DNA of 64,000 nt from the human T2T-CHM13v2.0 reference genome, Homo sapiens, in NCBI RefSeq assembly GCF_009914755.1, contig NC_060942.1; one strand, given 5' to 3'. Positions 34,516-48,149 of the stretch are shown piece by piece. A program made the position numbers and the translations under genes. The notes below the pieces were generated by a model. The model worked only from the letters and a program-made list of their open reading frames with translations, had not been told where the DNA came from and made no database searches. Positions within the stretch are counted from its first letter, which is position 1; each line of letters opens with the position of its first letter.

Positions 34516-35814
34516 AGTTGTTCTCGGTGTGAGGTTGGTTGGTGAATTGGGTCAGAACTCAGTGCTGAGTAGTAGTAATGATACTCACTGCCTGCTCATG
34601 GCTTATAGAAGGCTGCGGGGGCTGGGCAGAGGGGCTCCCCTCCCCGCCCAGGCTGTGCACACACATTATTGGCTCGCTCTTCAATCATGCCTTTCCAGCT
34701 AGCTGCTCCTGTCACAGCACATCTTGTTAGCCCTGGAGGCTCAATGAAATGGAAATTCATGTTTAAATTTAAAAACAACATATTGACCCTGGGAGCCAGC
34801 GATGTCTACATTTTTAATAACTTACTCAGAATGAAGGCTTGGATGAGTATGCCTGTTTCTTCATGTCTGTGTGTCTGCGTGTGTTCACGTGTGGGTGGAC
34901 ATGTGTGTTTTAAGGGGTGCATTTCTGCGTTTGTTCATGTGGGTTCCTGTAGGTGTGTTCACCTATGTCGGTGAGCATCTGTGTGTGTAGGGGGTGGTGG
35001 AATGTCAGCATTTGCTCTGGAGCTCCGTGGTTAAGGCTGTGTAAGGGTATGTTGTGGGGCATGTTGGAAAGGTTTTGATTTGATTGGGGTGTGTTTGTAC
35101 AGAGGGCCTGAAAACAGGCCACACAGGAAATGAGACAATTTTTGTTCCCACTCCTCCATGCCCTCCACTCCTGTGACATGTATTTTGGGCATCGCCTGTT
35201 CTACAGTTCCTCTTTAGTCTGGTCTCCTAATCCAGATGACCCCATGGACCAGTTATGGAAAAAATCTCAGTCAACTGAAGCTGGTTGAGTCCTGAGAGGG
35301 CACCTCATCCTCTTTCATTTCTTGGCAGAATCAGAATTAACCACTTGACAGTGCTTTTTACTTGGTCAAGTCCCACATCCTTCCAGAGCCCCATTCCTCC
35401 TCTCCAAGGAGCCTATCATCCTCCCTTATGTGCAGTGCCCTCTGGTGTGAAGGAAGAACTGCAATATGGTGGTCTGGAGACCCAGGATCTTGCCCTTCCA
35501 ACCTGCTGTATAGTTGAGCAAAATGTCTATACTCTCTGTACCATAAGTCTCCTTTGTAGGGTGAGGGGCCACATTAAGGCCTCCAAAAGGCCCATCTTAA
35601 GGGTCTGTCAACTGTGATGTCATGATCTCCACTCTCCAACCCAGTCTGATCACCATCATCCTGTTCTAAGCACTCTCAGTGTCAAGTCATTGACACTTCC
35701 TTTCTGCTTTCCAACCTGACATAGCAGAGATAACCATGAAGGCAGGGCAGGGATTCGGCAAACACTTGCTCATTGACTGAAAACAGTATAATGCCAGTTT
35801 CAAGTTTCTTATTT

Positions 35815-35826
35815 TTCCATTCATTC

Positions 35827-35861
<35 letters not shown>

Positions 35862-36103
35862 CATCCATTCATACTTGCATACATGCCTCCATCTACCCAT
35901 TTACTCTTCCACTCACCCATCTACCCACCTACCCATTCATTCTTTCATCCATCCATCTATCTACCTATCCACCTATCCATCTACGCATGTATACTCTTTC
36001 ACCCACCCATTCACTCACACCCACTTACCCATCCATTCATCCACCTATCCAACTATCTACTCACCCATTCTTCTATCTATCCATCTACCCATCTACTCAT
36101 TTT

Positions 36104-36136
<33 letters not shown>

Positions 36137-36545
36137 AGACGGAGTCTTGCTCTGTCACCCAGGCTGGAGTGCAGTGGCGCGATCTCGGCTGCAAGCTCTG
36201 CCTCCCAGGTTCATGCCATTCTCCTGCCTCAGCCTCCCGAGTAGCTGGGACTACAGGCAGCCACCACCGTGCCCGGCTAATTTTTTGCATTTTTAGTAGA
36301 GATGGGGTTTCACCGTGTTAGCCAGGATGGTCTCAATCTCCTGACCTCGTGATCCACCCACCTCGGCCTCCCAAAGTGCTGGGATTACAGGTGTGAGCCA
36401 CAAAGCCCGGCCCTAATTCATCCATCCATCCAGCATTCATCCACTCATCCATCTACCCATCCACTCATCCATCTACCCATCCACTCATCCACCACCGATC
36501 CACCCACCTACTCATCTATCTATCCATCTCCCCACTCATCCACCA
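35815..36545. repeat. (CTAT)n/(CCAT)n degenerate satellite interrupted by AluY
   Basis: Pure (ATCT)n near 35827-35860, then ccat/ccac variants on both sides of the Alu. Confidence 0.92.
36100..36412 (-). mobile_element. AluY
   Basis: AluY-type diagnostics gcaagctc, gccattctcc and caccgtgttagccaggatggtctc; 4-bp deletion after gatctcggct. Confidence 0.96.
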
Positions 36546-36549
36546 GTGG

Positions 36550-36930
36550 ACTCATTCTACAAATATTTCTCCTTTCTTATTGTACTCAAAGATGTAGAAG
36601 ACAACTTCCATTCTTGAGATGCTTGCAGTCTACTAGGGAAGATGGTATGTGGAAAGCAGTGTAAGAGGTATGTGTAAGAGTGGGCCAGGGTGCTCTGGGG
36701 AGATGTGGAGTAGGAGAAAATATGTCTGTCAGGCAGGATCAGGAAAGGTTTCATGAAGCAAGTGGTGGCTGAACTGAGCCCAGAGTGCTGGTTGGGTCAG
36801 ATGGAGAAGGGAAGAGACATGGAGGGTGAACAGGAGGGCAGGGGCCCTCTCTGTGGTGGCCACATGGAAGGCATGTTTAGAGAATAGTGAACCTGCTGAC
36901 CTGGCTGGTGTAGGGTGTGATAGTGGAGAA
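36550..36930 (-). mobile_element. L2 fragment
   Basis: cattctacaaatattt...tgcttgcagtctactagggaaga...gatcaggaaaggtttcatgaagcaagtgg...gctgaactgag. Confidence 0.65.
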
Positions 36931-37794
36931 AATCCAGCCTAGCTATCTATTAGTGGCCTAGAACACTTTCTTTCCCATCACCTCACAATTACATCATGAC
37001 ACCCAGGAGAAAAGCAGGGAGGCACCCCTTGTTTAGAGATTGGAGACTTAGCCCAGGATGGTTGAGTACTGGCTCAAAGTCACGCAGCAACTTTGTGGTA
37101 AAGTGGGGATCATACCCAAGTTTCTGAATACCTTGAACTCAGGTTTTTTTCCCCCCAATGATGGGAGAAAGTGCCCATCTAGAAAGGTTTTTGGAAGTCT
37201 TCTTTTTTTAACTTTAAGAGAAGTGGAAAATGGTCTTCAAGCACTTTGTTTTTATTACCTATTGAAATTTGACATAATGCCTTGGCAGTTCCCCCTTAAT
37301 ATTCTGCTGTATATGGAGCCTGACGATTTCTACCATCGAATGTGGCAGGTTGGGAAGATTAAAAAGAGGAGCTAAACTAGCAGTAGTTGGAGATGAGGAA
37401 AAGTAGCACATTTATGAATAATTTCAGCTGAATCCTCACAACATGACACTCCCTGGACAGAACACATTCATTATCTTATTCACCACGACTACTGCAATAT
37501 TAGTGATTTGTTACTGAATCAATTATTAATTCATACAGGAGAACGAGGCTCTGTCACTTAACTCTTCTCTGAATGTTGGGCCCAGGGTGGGGCAGGGAGG
37601 AGGAAGGGTCAGATTTAACCTTCATTCTCTTTGGTATCTTTCAGAAGGTGGCAAAACAGCAAAGGGTGGTGGAAAGTGGAAGAGCGAGAGGTTTGGGGAG
37701 CATCTCGTGCCACTTAGAGCCCTGGCCTGAAACCATAGACACCAAATACACAGGGCAAGGCAGAGCCCAGTGGTCCCTTGGGGCCATTTGAGGT

Positions 37795-37825
<31 letters not shown>

Positions 37826-37871
37826 CCATCCACCCATCCATCCATTCATCTATCCATCCATCCATCCATCC
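37795..37871. repeat. (CCAT)n microsatellite
   Basis: Direct read of the sequence. Confidence 0.95.
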
Positions 37872-38159
37872 AATATATTGCCTGCCATTTGAAGTATCTG
37901 ACTCAAATAATTTGCTCTTGCCTGTAATCCTCCCTTCTTTGACAACCCATGCAGATCCTCCCCCTGTCAGAACCCAGCTCCTGGGTTTCACCTCCAGGAG
38001 CCCCAGCTTTTCTAAGCCTCTAGCTTCCATCCTGGAAATCTCTAGTCCTTAGCTTGACTGCATATGGTTTTCACATGGGTGTCTTGTCTTTTTAGCCCAA
38101 GATTCCCCAAAGCATCTTGGTACCTGCTTCATATCATCTGGTCTGCACTTTAACAAGGA

Positions 38160-38255
38160 AGATGCTGGAGCCCCACCACAGACATATGGAATCAGTATCC
38201 TGGGACCATGGCCTTGGAATCAGCCTTTAAAAACAGGACCCAGGGGATCCTTGGG
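38160..38255. mobile_element. MER5-like hAT DNA transposon fragment
   Basis: gccccaccacagacatatggaatcagtatcctggg...ggaatcagcctttaaaaacaggacccaggggat resembles MER5A. Confidence 0.55.
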
Positions 38256-38516
38256 CACACTGCTCAGCCAGCCTGGGGGGCCTCTCTGTCTTCTCATGCA
38301 TCAAGCCCAGGGCTGGGTCTTCAGGAAGCTAGGGGATGGGAGACTCCAGTGTGTCCTGGCCCTGTGAACAGGCTGTGGTCTTCCTCTCCCTCTTTGGGCT
38401 GCACGCTCCCTGTTGCATCTGTCCTGTGTTGAGAAGGCGGGAATGCACTTCTGCAATCAGGTAGGCTCAGAAGCAAGACAGGTGGAAATGCTAGAGGTGG
38501 TAGCATCTCTCTGGGG

Positions 38517-38724
38517 AACAGAGAAGGGAAGAGGAAGTGAGGGCAAGGGAAGTAGACAAAGGAGGAGGAAAGGAAGGAGGACAAGAAGAAATGCAAAAGG
38601 GAGAATAGAAGAGAGAGGAAAGGAAAGGAGAAAGCAGGAAGGAAGAAGGAATGAAAGGAAATCATTAAAGAGAGGAAGGAAGAAAAGAAAACAGAAAAAA
38701 AGGGAAAAGAAAATAAAGAATGAA
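38517..38724. repeat. Polypurine (GA-rich) low-complexity tract
   Basis: ~200 bp mostly A/G on the + strand. Confidence 0.9.
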
Positions 38725-40179
38725 GTCTTCCTGTGATGGGAAACTGCCCAGGCATCCTGACAGGCCTGCACAATTGCACCTCTGTATAGTTTACGGACAG
38801 GGAGAACTTGCTGACTGGGCTCCAAGTGCAGGAGATAGGGCTGCTTGGGAGCTGGGTCTGGGGGGTAAACATGCCCATCCATAGGGATGGTTCAGCAATG
38901 AGCAGTCACTGGGGAGCAGGTAGCTGCCTCTAACCCCTTCCTTCTTCCAGCCACAGATCCTTTCCAGCCAATGGCCCAGAGACAGAGCACTGGGCTTCCC
39001 CTGCCTTTCCACTTCTCCTGCCTACCAATTTCTCCGACTTAACCTGTGGGCAAGTCTCCCTTTCCCTATGTTCAAGATCCTTCCCCACATCTTCTCAGGA
39101 CTCTGCCCAGCAGAATACAGCAGACTCAATGAAGCCCCTCTGTTGGCCAAGTGGTGCTATCTCCCTTTGGAAGCCCGTAGGGCAGGTCCTGCAGTGATCC
39201 AGTGAGGTGCTTCTTGCAGCACTGGCCAGTAGCTGGAACCACCAGCTCTCCCAGGAAAAGTGCTGCTCCAGGGCCCATCAGGTCAAATAGGAGAGAGACG
39301 GGGTCAGTAGGACAGTATCCTGCAGATGCCATCCTCACCAGGACTGTGAAGGCCAGTCTGATTCTAATCTTGGCCAGATCCTGACCATGTCAACCCCATC
39401 CAGATGTCCTGTAGCTGCTGTTAGACCCTCTGGATATCCTAGACTCCCTGCAAAGACCATTCAGAGCCAAGACCCACAAAGGGGTGGGGTAAGAAACATC
39501 ACCTGCTCATAATGAGTCATGTGATTGATAGCTTATGGGTCTGAAGGATGTTTGGGGTCAACTGAGCTTCAAGTTCCTGAACACTTGCTTTTAACCCTCA
39601 GTTTAAAGACTGGAACCTGCCTACTTTCCTGGTATGCTTGCTTTCCTGGAAGCACTACCAGTGAGGGGCATCATGAAAATCCACCTATCTTTCAAGGCAA
39701 AAGTGATCTGATGAAAGGCCCCAATTGTCTTTCCTCCCCAGTTCTCTTTCTGTCCTCTCCCCACCAAGTTGGAAATCCACATGGTTGGGGAAGGTGAGCA
39801 GTCCCACTACTGAGCTTTGCTGGTGGCAATTGCTTTTGAATACACAAACCAGAGGTGGGCAGTGGGGGACATTGGTAAAATATCTAATGACTGTAGCATG
39901 GAGGTTTCAAACTTGGTCAAGCACGGGCAGGTCTGATTTCTGTACCCTTGTAAACCACAAGCAGTCAGCATATCCCCATTGCTCACTCTTGGTGTTTGTC
40001 TCCCCAGTGGCTCTGCTCTCTCTTCTCAGGACCACCTGCCCCCCACTGAGCCTCTGTCTGTAGTTTTGGGGCCTTCCTAGACTTGGCTTCATACACACCC
40101 TGCTGCCTCAACCTTTCAATGTCATAGCATTTTCACAGTGAATGGCACTTTGGAAATCACCTAGCCCAACCCTGGAAAA

Positions 40180-40450
40180 AGCAGTGAAGAAGGACCCAGA
40201 ATGTTTGGGTTCTGGCTGTGTTCCTCCCACAGTGTGACCTAGGTCAAGTCACTTGGCCTCGCTTACATTTTCCTCATTTCCAAAATAATAACACATACTC
40301 TGCCTGTCTCGTAGAATTGCTGAGGCTAATCAAAAAATACTGTAAAGCACATGTCAGACAGGAGGAAGATCATTGATCAGTTTTCTAAGAGGAGAAACTA
40401 ATGCTCAGAGAGATTCAGGAACTTGCCAAAGGCTCATAGCTTCTCAAATC
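40180..40450. mobile_element. Two opposed MIR fragments
   Basis: gtgtgacctaggtcaagtcac...ttcctcatttccaaaat (+), then gagaaactaatgctcagagagatt...acttgccaaagg (-). Confidence 0.65.
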
Positions 40451-40689
40451 ACTGAATGGGTGCCTGCTCTCAGGGATGTGTGCATTCTCTGAGAGCCAGG
40501 CTTTCTGTCTGAGCAAAGGTTAGGTGTGCTTGATAATTTCTTCTGGAATACTGAGCTGACATTTCATGCTGTGCCTGTGTCTAGTCTAGCATAGGTGCAC
40601 ATGGTAGGTGTACTTCTGGGGATGAAGAGTGGGAGACCTGCTGGTGTCCTCTGGTATGGCTGGAGCTGGGGTGTCCAACAGTGAACTCA

Positions 40690-40810
40690 TAGATACAGGA
40701 TCCCATCTTCCTCAAGAGTGGGGCACTGCTCTGTTCCTCTCTATTTCCTCAGCACCTAGTGCAGAGCCAAGCACCCAGAAGGGGCTAAGTCAATGTTACA
40801 GACTGATTGT
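40690..40810 (+). mobile_element. L2 3' end
   Basis: ctgttcctctctatttcctcagcacctagtgcagagccaagcacccagaagg. Confidence 0.65.
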
Positions 40811-41827
40811 TATTCAATATCGGTTTTACTCTTTTGTTTGATTACATGGATTTTACAAATGAATTGGACTTTTAAGTGGTGAAACTGCATTTCTTTAAAA
40901 TAATTCCAGAAGTATCTTCAGGGTCACAACTCAAGAAAGATGCACTGAGGAGGAGGTTAGTCCTTCTGGAATGTTCTACTTGGAGAACCACTGGCACTCT
41001 GTGAGTCAGGAAAAGACGCAGGAGAGATGGGGCCAGAGTTGAGGTATGCGACTGCAGGGAAACCTCACCCCCTGAGCACCTGCTTTAGGAATGTTGGGAG
41101 ATGGAATGTTGTCAGGCCTGGGAACTGGCATCGGACCAGGAAGGATGGTGGCATTCCTGGAAGATGGATGGGGAGAGGAGCTGCCTCAGGGTGTGGTCAG
41201 GGGGAAGGGAGGGAGGCGGCCATGTGGACACACGTTCTCCTATGCTGGTCAGGTGGTCAGCCTGGCCTTCCTCTCCTGAGAGGGTGGAGAGAGCTTAGGC
41301 AAGACTGTAAAACCCTCAGGGACGCCCTCCGGTACCCAAAGTAGAGGACCCAGGGGATGATGAGGGTTTGCTCCACACTTGGAGGGTCCCTACAGGATTT
41401 TTTTAAGGACAAAGAGAGAACCAGTCCTGTCTGGGTTAACAGCCCATCTGCTCCTCAGGAGACCCTCAGCTTCAGGCCAGCCTGGCTGACAGCGAGGATC
41501 TTGGGGAAGAATCTAGCCCTGTGGTGGCCCGAGGTCGGCGGGAAGGGTGTCCTCTGTGAAGGACTCACAAAACGGCCACTCCGGGGTTCTGGCAGCTACA
41601 TCTAGTCATCATGTGAGCCATCTGCTCTTGGTATCCAGCAACACATTGATCCACATGCTTTTGACACCCTGCTGGGAGGCTTGGGGGTGGGAAGGGTGGA
41701 CCGAGGCCATCCAAGCCCTGGCCTAAAAGTGGCCTGCTATGTGGTGGGGGAACCTTGACCCTCAAAATAGAAGGAGCTGCAGGGGCTAATTCAGGTCCAG
41801 TGTCTGATAGCAGGCAGCAGCTGGGAG

Positions 41828-42040
41828 AGGCAGTGTGGCCTCATGGTTAGGGTGCAGACCCTGCAGCCAGAACCTGGGGGTTGCAAAACCTGGCTCTACC
41901 GCTCACTAGCCATGGAACACTGGGCAGCCACTGAATGTCTCAGCACCTTGGTTTCCTTATCTGGTAAGAGGATGACAGCACTTAGCTCACAGTTCCGATG
42001 AGGAGTGAATGAAATAGTGTGGCGTGCTGAGAATGGCTGT
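41828..42040 (+). mobile_element. Near full-length MIR
   Basis: ggcagtgtggcctcatggttagggtgcagaccctgcagccaga...cctggctctaccgctcactagc...ccttggtttccttatctg. Confidence 0.85.
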
Positions 42041-42799
42041 GAACGGGAATCCTCAGGAAAGGCTTTGTGTAGGAGGTGGGACTTGAACTGGGTGGCGAGA
42101 GAGGGAAATGCATGGAACTGTGTGAGCCAACGTGTGGGGGTGGGACCCGTGCTGGGAGCACTGGGTGGAGGGGCACTCTGTCTACCTCCTGGCTGTGGGG
42201 ATGTCTGCCTGGCAGGCTGTGGCAGGGAGAGGGTGCAGGTGCTTGCAGGATAGCCCAGCCTCTGCTAGAGAACAGGTGACTCGTTCTCCAAGCATGGGGC
42301 CTGGAACCTGGCTAGTGGAATCATTGCTTCACCACAAAGGTGGAGCCACAGGCTTCCTGCATCCCACAGAGAGAGCTTTCTGAGCACAAACTGCAAGCCA
42401 GGCACAAGCCACCAATCTCTCCAGTGCCCTGCCTTCCCATGGATCAGAGACTCCCAGCTTCTTGGAAGCCCTGCCTCATGGTCTACCTGGCAGCCTTGAG
42501 GGACCAAATGACCTTGCTTTTCCCATTAAGAGCCTCATGCCATGTTTTGTAGTCCTGTTCCCATCCAATTCAGGTAAGAACTTGGCTTGAACCTAGGACA
42601 TTCCTAGTCTCTGTAGCCAAGGTTCTTCCCTCCTCCTCTTCTTTCCTTTCCAACTCCTTGACTCAAGTGTAGGAGCTGCTGAGTCTTTGGTCCTGATCTT
42701 TCTGCCTCTTCCCCATCCCCTCCCCAACATCCCTCTCCGGGCATAGGCCCATTCACATACTGCCAAGTGTCTCACAGTTCCCTGCCCGGGTCATGGGGC

Positions 42800-42935
42800 A
42801 GGGCTAACCCCACTCTCTCAGTCTGTTGAGATGGAAACTAAGGTTCAGAGAGATTGAACACGAAGCATGTTATGAGTAGGGCTGGGATTAGAACACAGGG
42901 CTCCCAGCTCCCTGGCCAAAGCATTTCCTACTCAG
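42800..42935 (-). mobile_element. MIR fragment
   Basis: ggaaactaaggttcagagagattg...gctgggattagaacacagg. Confidence 0.65.
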
Positions 42936-44667
42936 CTGCCTTCTCTCCCTCCTTGCGCACTGGCTGGCCTGGCCACAGGGGCTGTGGGGCTGTGCAGCCT
43001 CCTTAAACACAGGGCGGTTTTATCACTAACACCCTGGGCTCCGCACAGCTTTCTTCTTTAGCTGTGGTAGGCCAGCTGAATGCATCTCTGCCTACAATGA
43101 AGAAGGCAGCCTAGGAGTCCAACCCCAGCCTCCTGCCCTGATTAACGGCCACCCCTGTCCTTGATTGTGTCATGCGTGTGAGTCATGTCTCCCAGCCAGA
43201 CAGTGACCTGCTGCCTGCTGCCATGGGCACGTGCCCCTCTTCTTTGGGGTACCTGTGGCCTGAGCACACAGTGGGGGCTCATGGGAGCCCACCAAGTGAT
43301 AAACAGATCGGAGGCTCAGGCTTGAGGGTGACTGAGTTCGGTCATTGCTCTCTCTTTTGAGAGTGGGCTTGTGGAGCAAAAGAATGGCCAAGCCAATTCC
43401 AGGACAGTCACGCGCAGCCTGTGAAATGTGAGCTGTAAAACACCGGATGTGAATTCAAGCCTTCCTCAGTCAGCATGGATTAGCATGGCCTGATTCTCTC
43501 CTCGGAAGGCAATCCTCACACCTCCCTCTGGTCACCCACGCGGTGTCTTTTTAGAAAGCAGCAGAATGTGAGCAAACACGGAGAAAAGATATTCCTGGAG
43601 CCTTGCCCTTAAGAACTCTCATTTTCAAAAGCTGGTCCTTCCTGTCTAACTGAAATCCCTCTTGCTGGAAGACACGGCGCTCAGTTGTGTGCTGGGGCAA
43701 CAAATTATAACACTGGCTAGACAAGTGAGGAAACTGAATGTGGTGGGGAGGCGACTTCTCCCAGGAGATCACAGAAGAGGCCAGGGCCTGAGTGGGGCCT
43801 GTGTAAGGACCAGATTCCAGACCCCAGGCAGCTCTTGCAGGCTCCTCTCCTCCCACTGAGATGGGAGCAGGGAGAATGGCAGCTGCCTCCCAACTATGAT
43901 GGCCAGTCAGGGGCCACCCTTGTGGCTGAATAAGAAACACAGCTGCATTTCCCTGTTTCGGCCATGTGGTCAGTGAAACAAACAAGACATTTATCAGGGA
44001 GGAAGGAGGAGCTGATTGGCTCCCAGCTCCCCTCCCCCAGCACACTTGTAGCTTTGACCCCAAGCCCCTGCACTTCTTAATGCAACACTCAAAAAGCAAA
44101 GTCAGCACTGCAAGTGTCAGGAATAAGTGGGGGAACCAGGAGAGGAGCCTGGGAGCCTGGAGGAGGGAGCAGCTGTACCTGAAGAAGAACTGAGAGATGG
44201 ATGTGTGTGTTAAGCATGTAGGAGTGAATGTGTGCCCGAGAAAGAGCAGGCCAGAGTGTGCGCACATGTGTGCATGCATGCATGTGCCAGCACATGCATG
44301 AAAGTGAGAGAGAGCCCTGGGTTTAGGGCATGCTGCCTTTGTACAGTTGCCCTGTTACATTCGTGGCCATAGGGAAGCCATACCTTGTTATTTTATGCCA
44401 GGGAAGCTGGCCAGAGACTACCCCCACTCCTGATTTCTCAATGAAAAGGCTCTGAAGTCATCCCTCGTCCTATTTCCCCAGCAGAAATGACCCATGAATG
44501 CTTCTCGCTTCTGCCATGAGCACAACGCAAAATTTCCCTGTTTTCTTCAGTACAGTGCCCATCCCTCCACCTCATTTCCAAAGCCACTTTCTCTGCTTCT
44601 TCATGGGGCTGGGTAGGATATGGGAGCAGCTAGCGGTGCCTAAACATTGTGCAGGTTCTACACATAG

Positions 44668-44674
44668 ACACACG

Positions 44675-44708
<34 letters not shown>

Positions 44709-44713
44709 GAGAC

Positions 44714-44750
<37 letters not shown>

Positions 44751-44772
44751 GAGAGTCAGAGAGACAGAGAGA
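44668..44772. repeat. Compound (CG)5-(CA)n-(GA)n-(GACA)n microsatellite
   Basis: Direct read of the sequence. Confidence 0.95.
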
Positions 44773-45689
44773 CTGGCTCATGAGCTCCAGGCAAGTCAAT
44801 GAAATGCCTAATGCAGTGCTGAGTGTTCCAGGAAGATGGGTTGAGGACAAGGGGCACAGATGCAGGTGTGCCCTGTCCTTGGCTCATCCACGTCCAGGTA
44901 GGCTGCCAGGGTCTTTCTCATGAAATAAACAGCACTGGGAGCTTGACCAGGCTCCTCAGGTCTTATGTGGTGCTGACTCCTCGGGGGACTGGCTTTCACA
45001 TGGAAAGGAGTCCTTGTGGGGCCAGAGTGGGATGGGAAGACTGCCTGGAGGAGGCGGGGTCAAAGGTGGGCTTAGGAGGAGCTCAGAGACATTGTTGGTA
45101 AAAGGAGGGGCCTGAGTGAGGCACCCTTGAAGTCATTCTTGGTGGAGAGCAGGGGTGACTGTCCTCTCACTCCTCCCAGGTCCCTGGCCTGGTGTTCTTC
45201 TTCCAGGCCCCAGGGCAACCCAGCAATGGCAGGTGGGCGAAGCTATTCTAGTGAGAAGCAAAAACAGTGGAGTTACCAAAATCCTGGTGACAGCCATGGC
45301 CTTGGTCTCCTGAGGCCATCACCTCACTCATCCCTAAGCCCTCTAGGAAAGGGGAGGAAGCCTCCCTAGGCTCCCTCTCCTCCTTGCCTCCACTTGAAAC
45401 CTTCAGGAGAATGGCTTTGGGAGGCTTCAGGGAGATGCACCATAGCTGAGAGGCTCACAGATCTTTGACTGGGGGTTCATCATGCTTTTCCCACCTTCTC
45501 GCTCCATAAGGAACAGATTTTTGGCCAGACTGGCTGTACACCATGCCATCTCTTCCTCATCTCTGAGTTTCTTCCTTATCCACCCTTCTAAGTCCTGGGG
45601 AGAGGTCTCCGCCACCGAGAAGCCTTCTAGGACTCATGCTGTCTGGCCTTTTGAGACAACTTCCTGCTCCATGCACTTGGAATGATCTA

Positions 45690-45760
45690 TCAGGTTGGTG
45701 CAAAAGAAATTGTGTTTTTTGCCGTTGAAAATCATGGCAATTACTTTTGCACGAACCTAA
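45690..45760. mobile_element. MADE1 (Hsmar1-derived mariner MITE) with TA TSD
   Basis: TA-tcaggttggtgcaaaagaaattg...gcaattacttttgcacgaacctaa-TA; terminal inverted repeats match the MADE1 consensus. Confidence 0.93.
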
Positions 45761-47894
45761 TAGCTCCCTTCTCTAATATGTGGTTCCTGCAAGGGCCTGA
45801 TTTGCTGTTAGCTCCCTTGGCCTAGGAACGAGAGGCTCTTGACTTTATCCCAAGAGGGCTTATCTAACATGCTGGTAGACTTTACCCTGAATGACAAGAT
45901 CTCTATGCAGGCGTATGGAGCCAAGGAGAGGTGGGCTGTCACGGGAGGCTGGGGGCAGAGGGCAGTCTAGAAGGGATGAAATGGTAGTGGTTTGCCAAGG
46001 AGAAAGGGGTGCTAAGGGATTCAGAACAGGTACAGGGCTTGGTGGCAATACCCAGAGAGCAGAAGGAGGAGAAGGAGCTCTGGCCTTCCACCCCGTGTGG
46101 CCTTACAGCCTGCCTTGGAGGGTCGTGGCCTAGCTCCAGGACCAAGCACCTCTTCCCTCAGGCACTCTGAGCACCCGATAGCATTTACAAGCAATATTTT
46201 GCATGCTGGTAACTGGGTTTGTGCAGTTATGCTGTGGCCTGGGGTAAGACTTCCCAGTTGCTAGCAGCAATGCCTGTGGTCACACAGGATCAGAGGCCGA
46301 GGGAGCACCACTGCCCTTCCCTGCAGGTTCCCCAGCTACGTGGTTACCAGTGTTAAGCTCAGCCCAGCTTTGGCTGCCTCCTCCCGCTACCCTTCTCACT
46401 CATCCTGTGTTGTGGCTAGATGAGTAGTCCAACCTCCCCATCTAAGCTCCGAAGTCCAGGGGATTGGGCTCCACACACTCCTGACCCTGCCACACTCTTG
46501 CTACCTGCCTGCTATTCCTTCCTGTGCTCTTTTAGTCCTAAGCACATCCTCTCTCCTGAATCTGACCCTCAACCTGCACCTGTTCCACTCTCGCCCCACC
46601 CGCACAGTGCTCTCTGGCCACTGTGGTCCCCAAGGCAGGTTCTTAGCTCTCTGCCCCTCTCTGGGCATTTGGTCACATCCTATATTGCTGTGGGACCCAA
46701 TTGTCATTTGTGAATGTGTGACTCCTAGCAGGACTTTGGGATTCTGGAGGACAGAAATAATCTATTACAACTCTCTGGGTTTCCTGTTCTGCCAGGCCCA
46801 GGACTGGGCAACCTGAAGGTGCTCGGCCATGACTGGACAAACGGATCATCTGACCATGATGCTACCGGCCTCGTGTGTGGGCTGATGACAGGATTGTAGT
46901 CCTGCAGGTTGAAATAGGGATGCTGTGTACGTGTCCATTAATGTATCTGCTTTGGAACAAAGAAGACAAGGCCCCTCCGGGGCTCTAACCCTTCCCTGTT
47001 GAGTCAACCACAGACAGGAAGCCAGCTGCAGGGAGGGTGCCTGAGGGGTCTCTGAGAGGCAGCTGCTGCAGGAAGCCCTCCTGGCTCCCAGATTGCCTCC
47101 TAACTGTGGGTTTATTAATGCATGCCAGAATACCTGAGACCCAAAGAATTCATAATCAAATGATTTCTTTAAAAAACATAAAAGAACGAAGGAAAAGGAG
47201 AGTGCACTGCCTTTCTATTAAGTCATTCGTAATTACCTCATTAGAGCAGACACTGTGCACTCGTCCACCAGGGAGAAAGCTCATAGAGATTCAAGAAAGA
47301 AAAAAGCAGGTTCCTTTGGAGACTTCTAGGGCCAGGAGCCAGCTCCCCTGGCACAGACTTGACCTTTGACATCTGCAGAAACTACAGCTGCTTGGCGAAA
47401 GCCCTTGGGCCATGGTCCTTGCCATCTGAAGACACCTTGGAAGATGGACATGTTACCATCAAGGCCTGCCTGATTAGGGGACCTTTGGTCCCCAAGAGAG
47501 TTGGTTCTCTGTTAGGTGCTGGGGGTAGCACCTCCATTCCCCAGAGAGGACATCAGCCAGGGAGGGAGAGGCTTCTCTGCCAAGTCTGCCAGGGACAGTG
47601 CCTGGAGGGGAAACAGGCTCATTGGTGGTGAGGGACAGTGGCCACTGGGATCAGACCAGGACATAGCCCCAGCCCCAGCCCTTGCCCTGGAATCAATGTA
47701 GTCCCAACTCTGGCTATGGGCCTTTCCCCCCAGTAGCACTGGACAGGTTCCACAGGTTCCAGCTGGACCTGCCCCCAAGCACAGGTCCTGGCCATGGGGA
47801 GGATGATACGGGGGAAGGGTAAAGTGGACAAAGAACTGGGCAGGGGGAAGAATATCGGGACACTGGTCTTCTGTCTGCCACGGACACTCTAGGT

Positions 47895-47960
47895 GACTGA
47901 GGGTAAGTCATGTCTCCTCTATCAGCCTCAGTTTCCCCTTATGTAAAAAGAGAGCATTGA
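47895..47960 (+). mobile_element. MIR fragment
   Basis: gtgactgagggtaagtca...gcctcagtttccccttatgtaaaa. Confidence 0.65.
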
Positions 47961-48149
47961 CCTGGGTGCCTGCCTTGCCAGACCCCAGCTTTGGTCCTAG
48001 GAGTTGGTGGCTAGGCCACTCTTCCAGTGGCTGGGGAGGGGACACAGACTGTCCTGTGACAGAGCCTTACAGAGAGGCCCAGGGTCACACAGGACCTTGT
48101 CAATGACCACCCAGGGGCTGAGCTGTGGGAGAGCCACTGGAGGAAGCCA

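Noticed and set aside
35773-36321. ORFs with [14 protein letters not shown] / [11 protein letters not shown] motifs (also 6591-6815 and 52864-53204)
   Set aside because: Standard Alu-derived translations.
38321-38878. Hydrophobic Phe/Ser/Leu-rich membrane-like ORF and its Lys/Arg-rich antisense ORF
   Set aside because: Translation of the GA-rich low-complexity tract.
43551-44279. 242-aa minus-strand ORF
   Set aside because: Starts in a (TGCA)/(CA) repeat and has no protein-family features.
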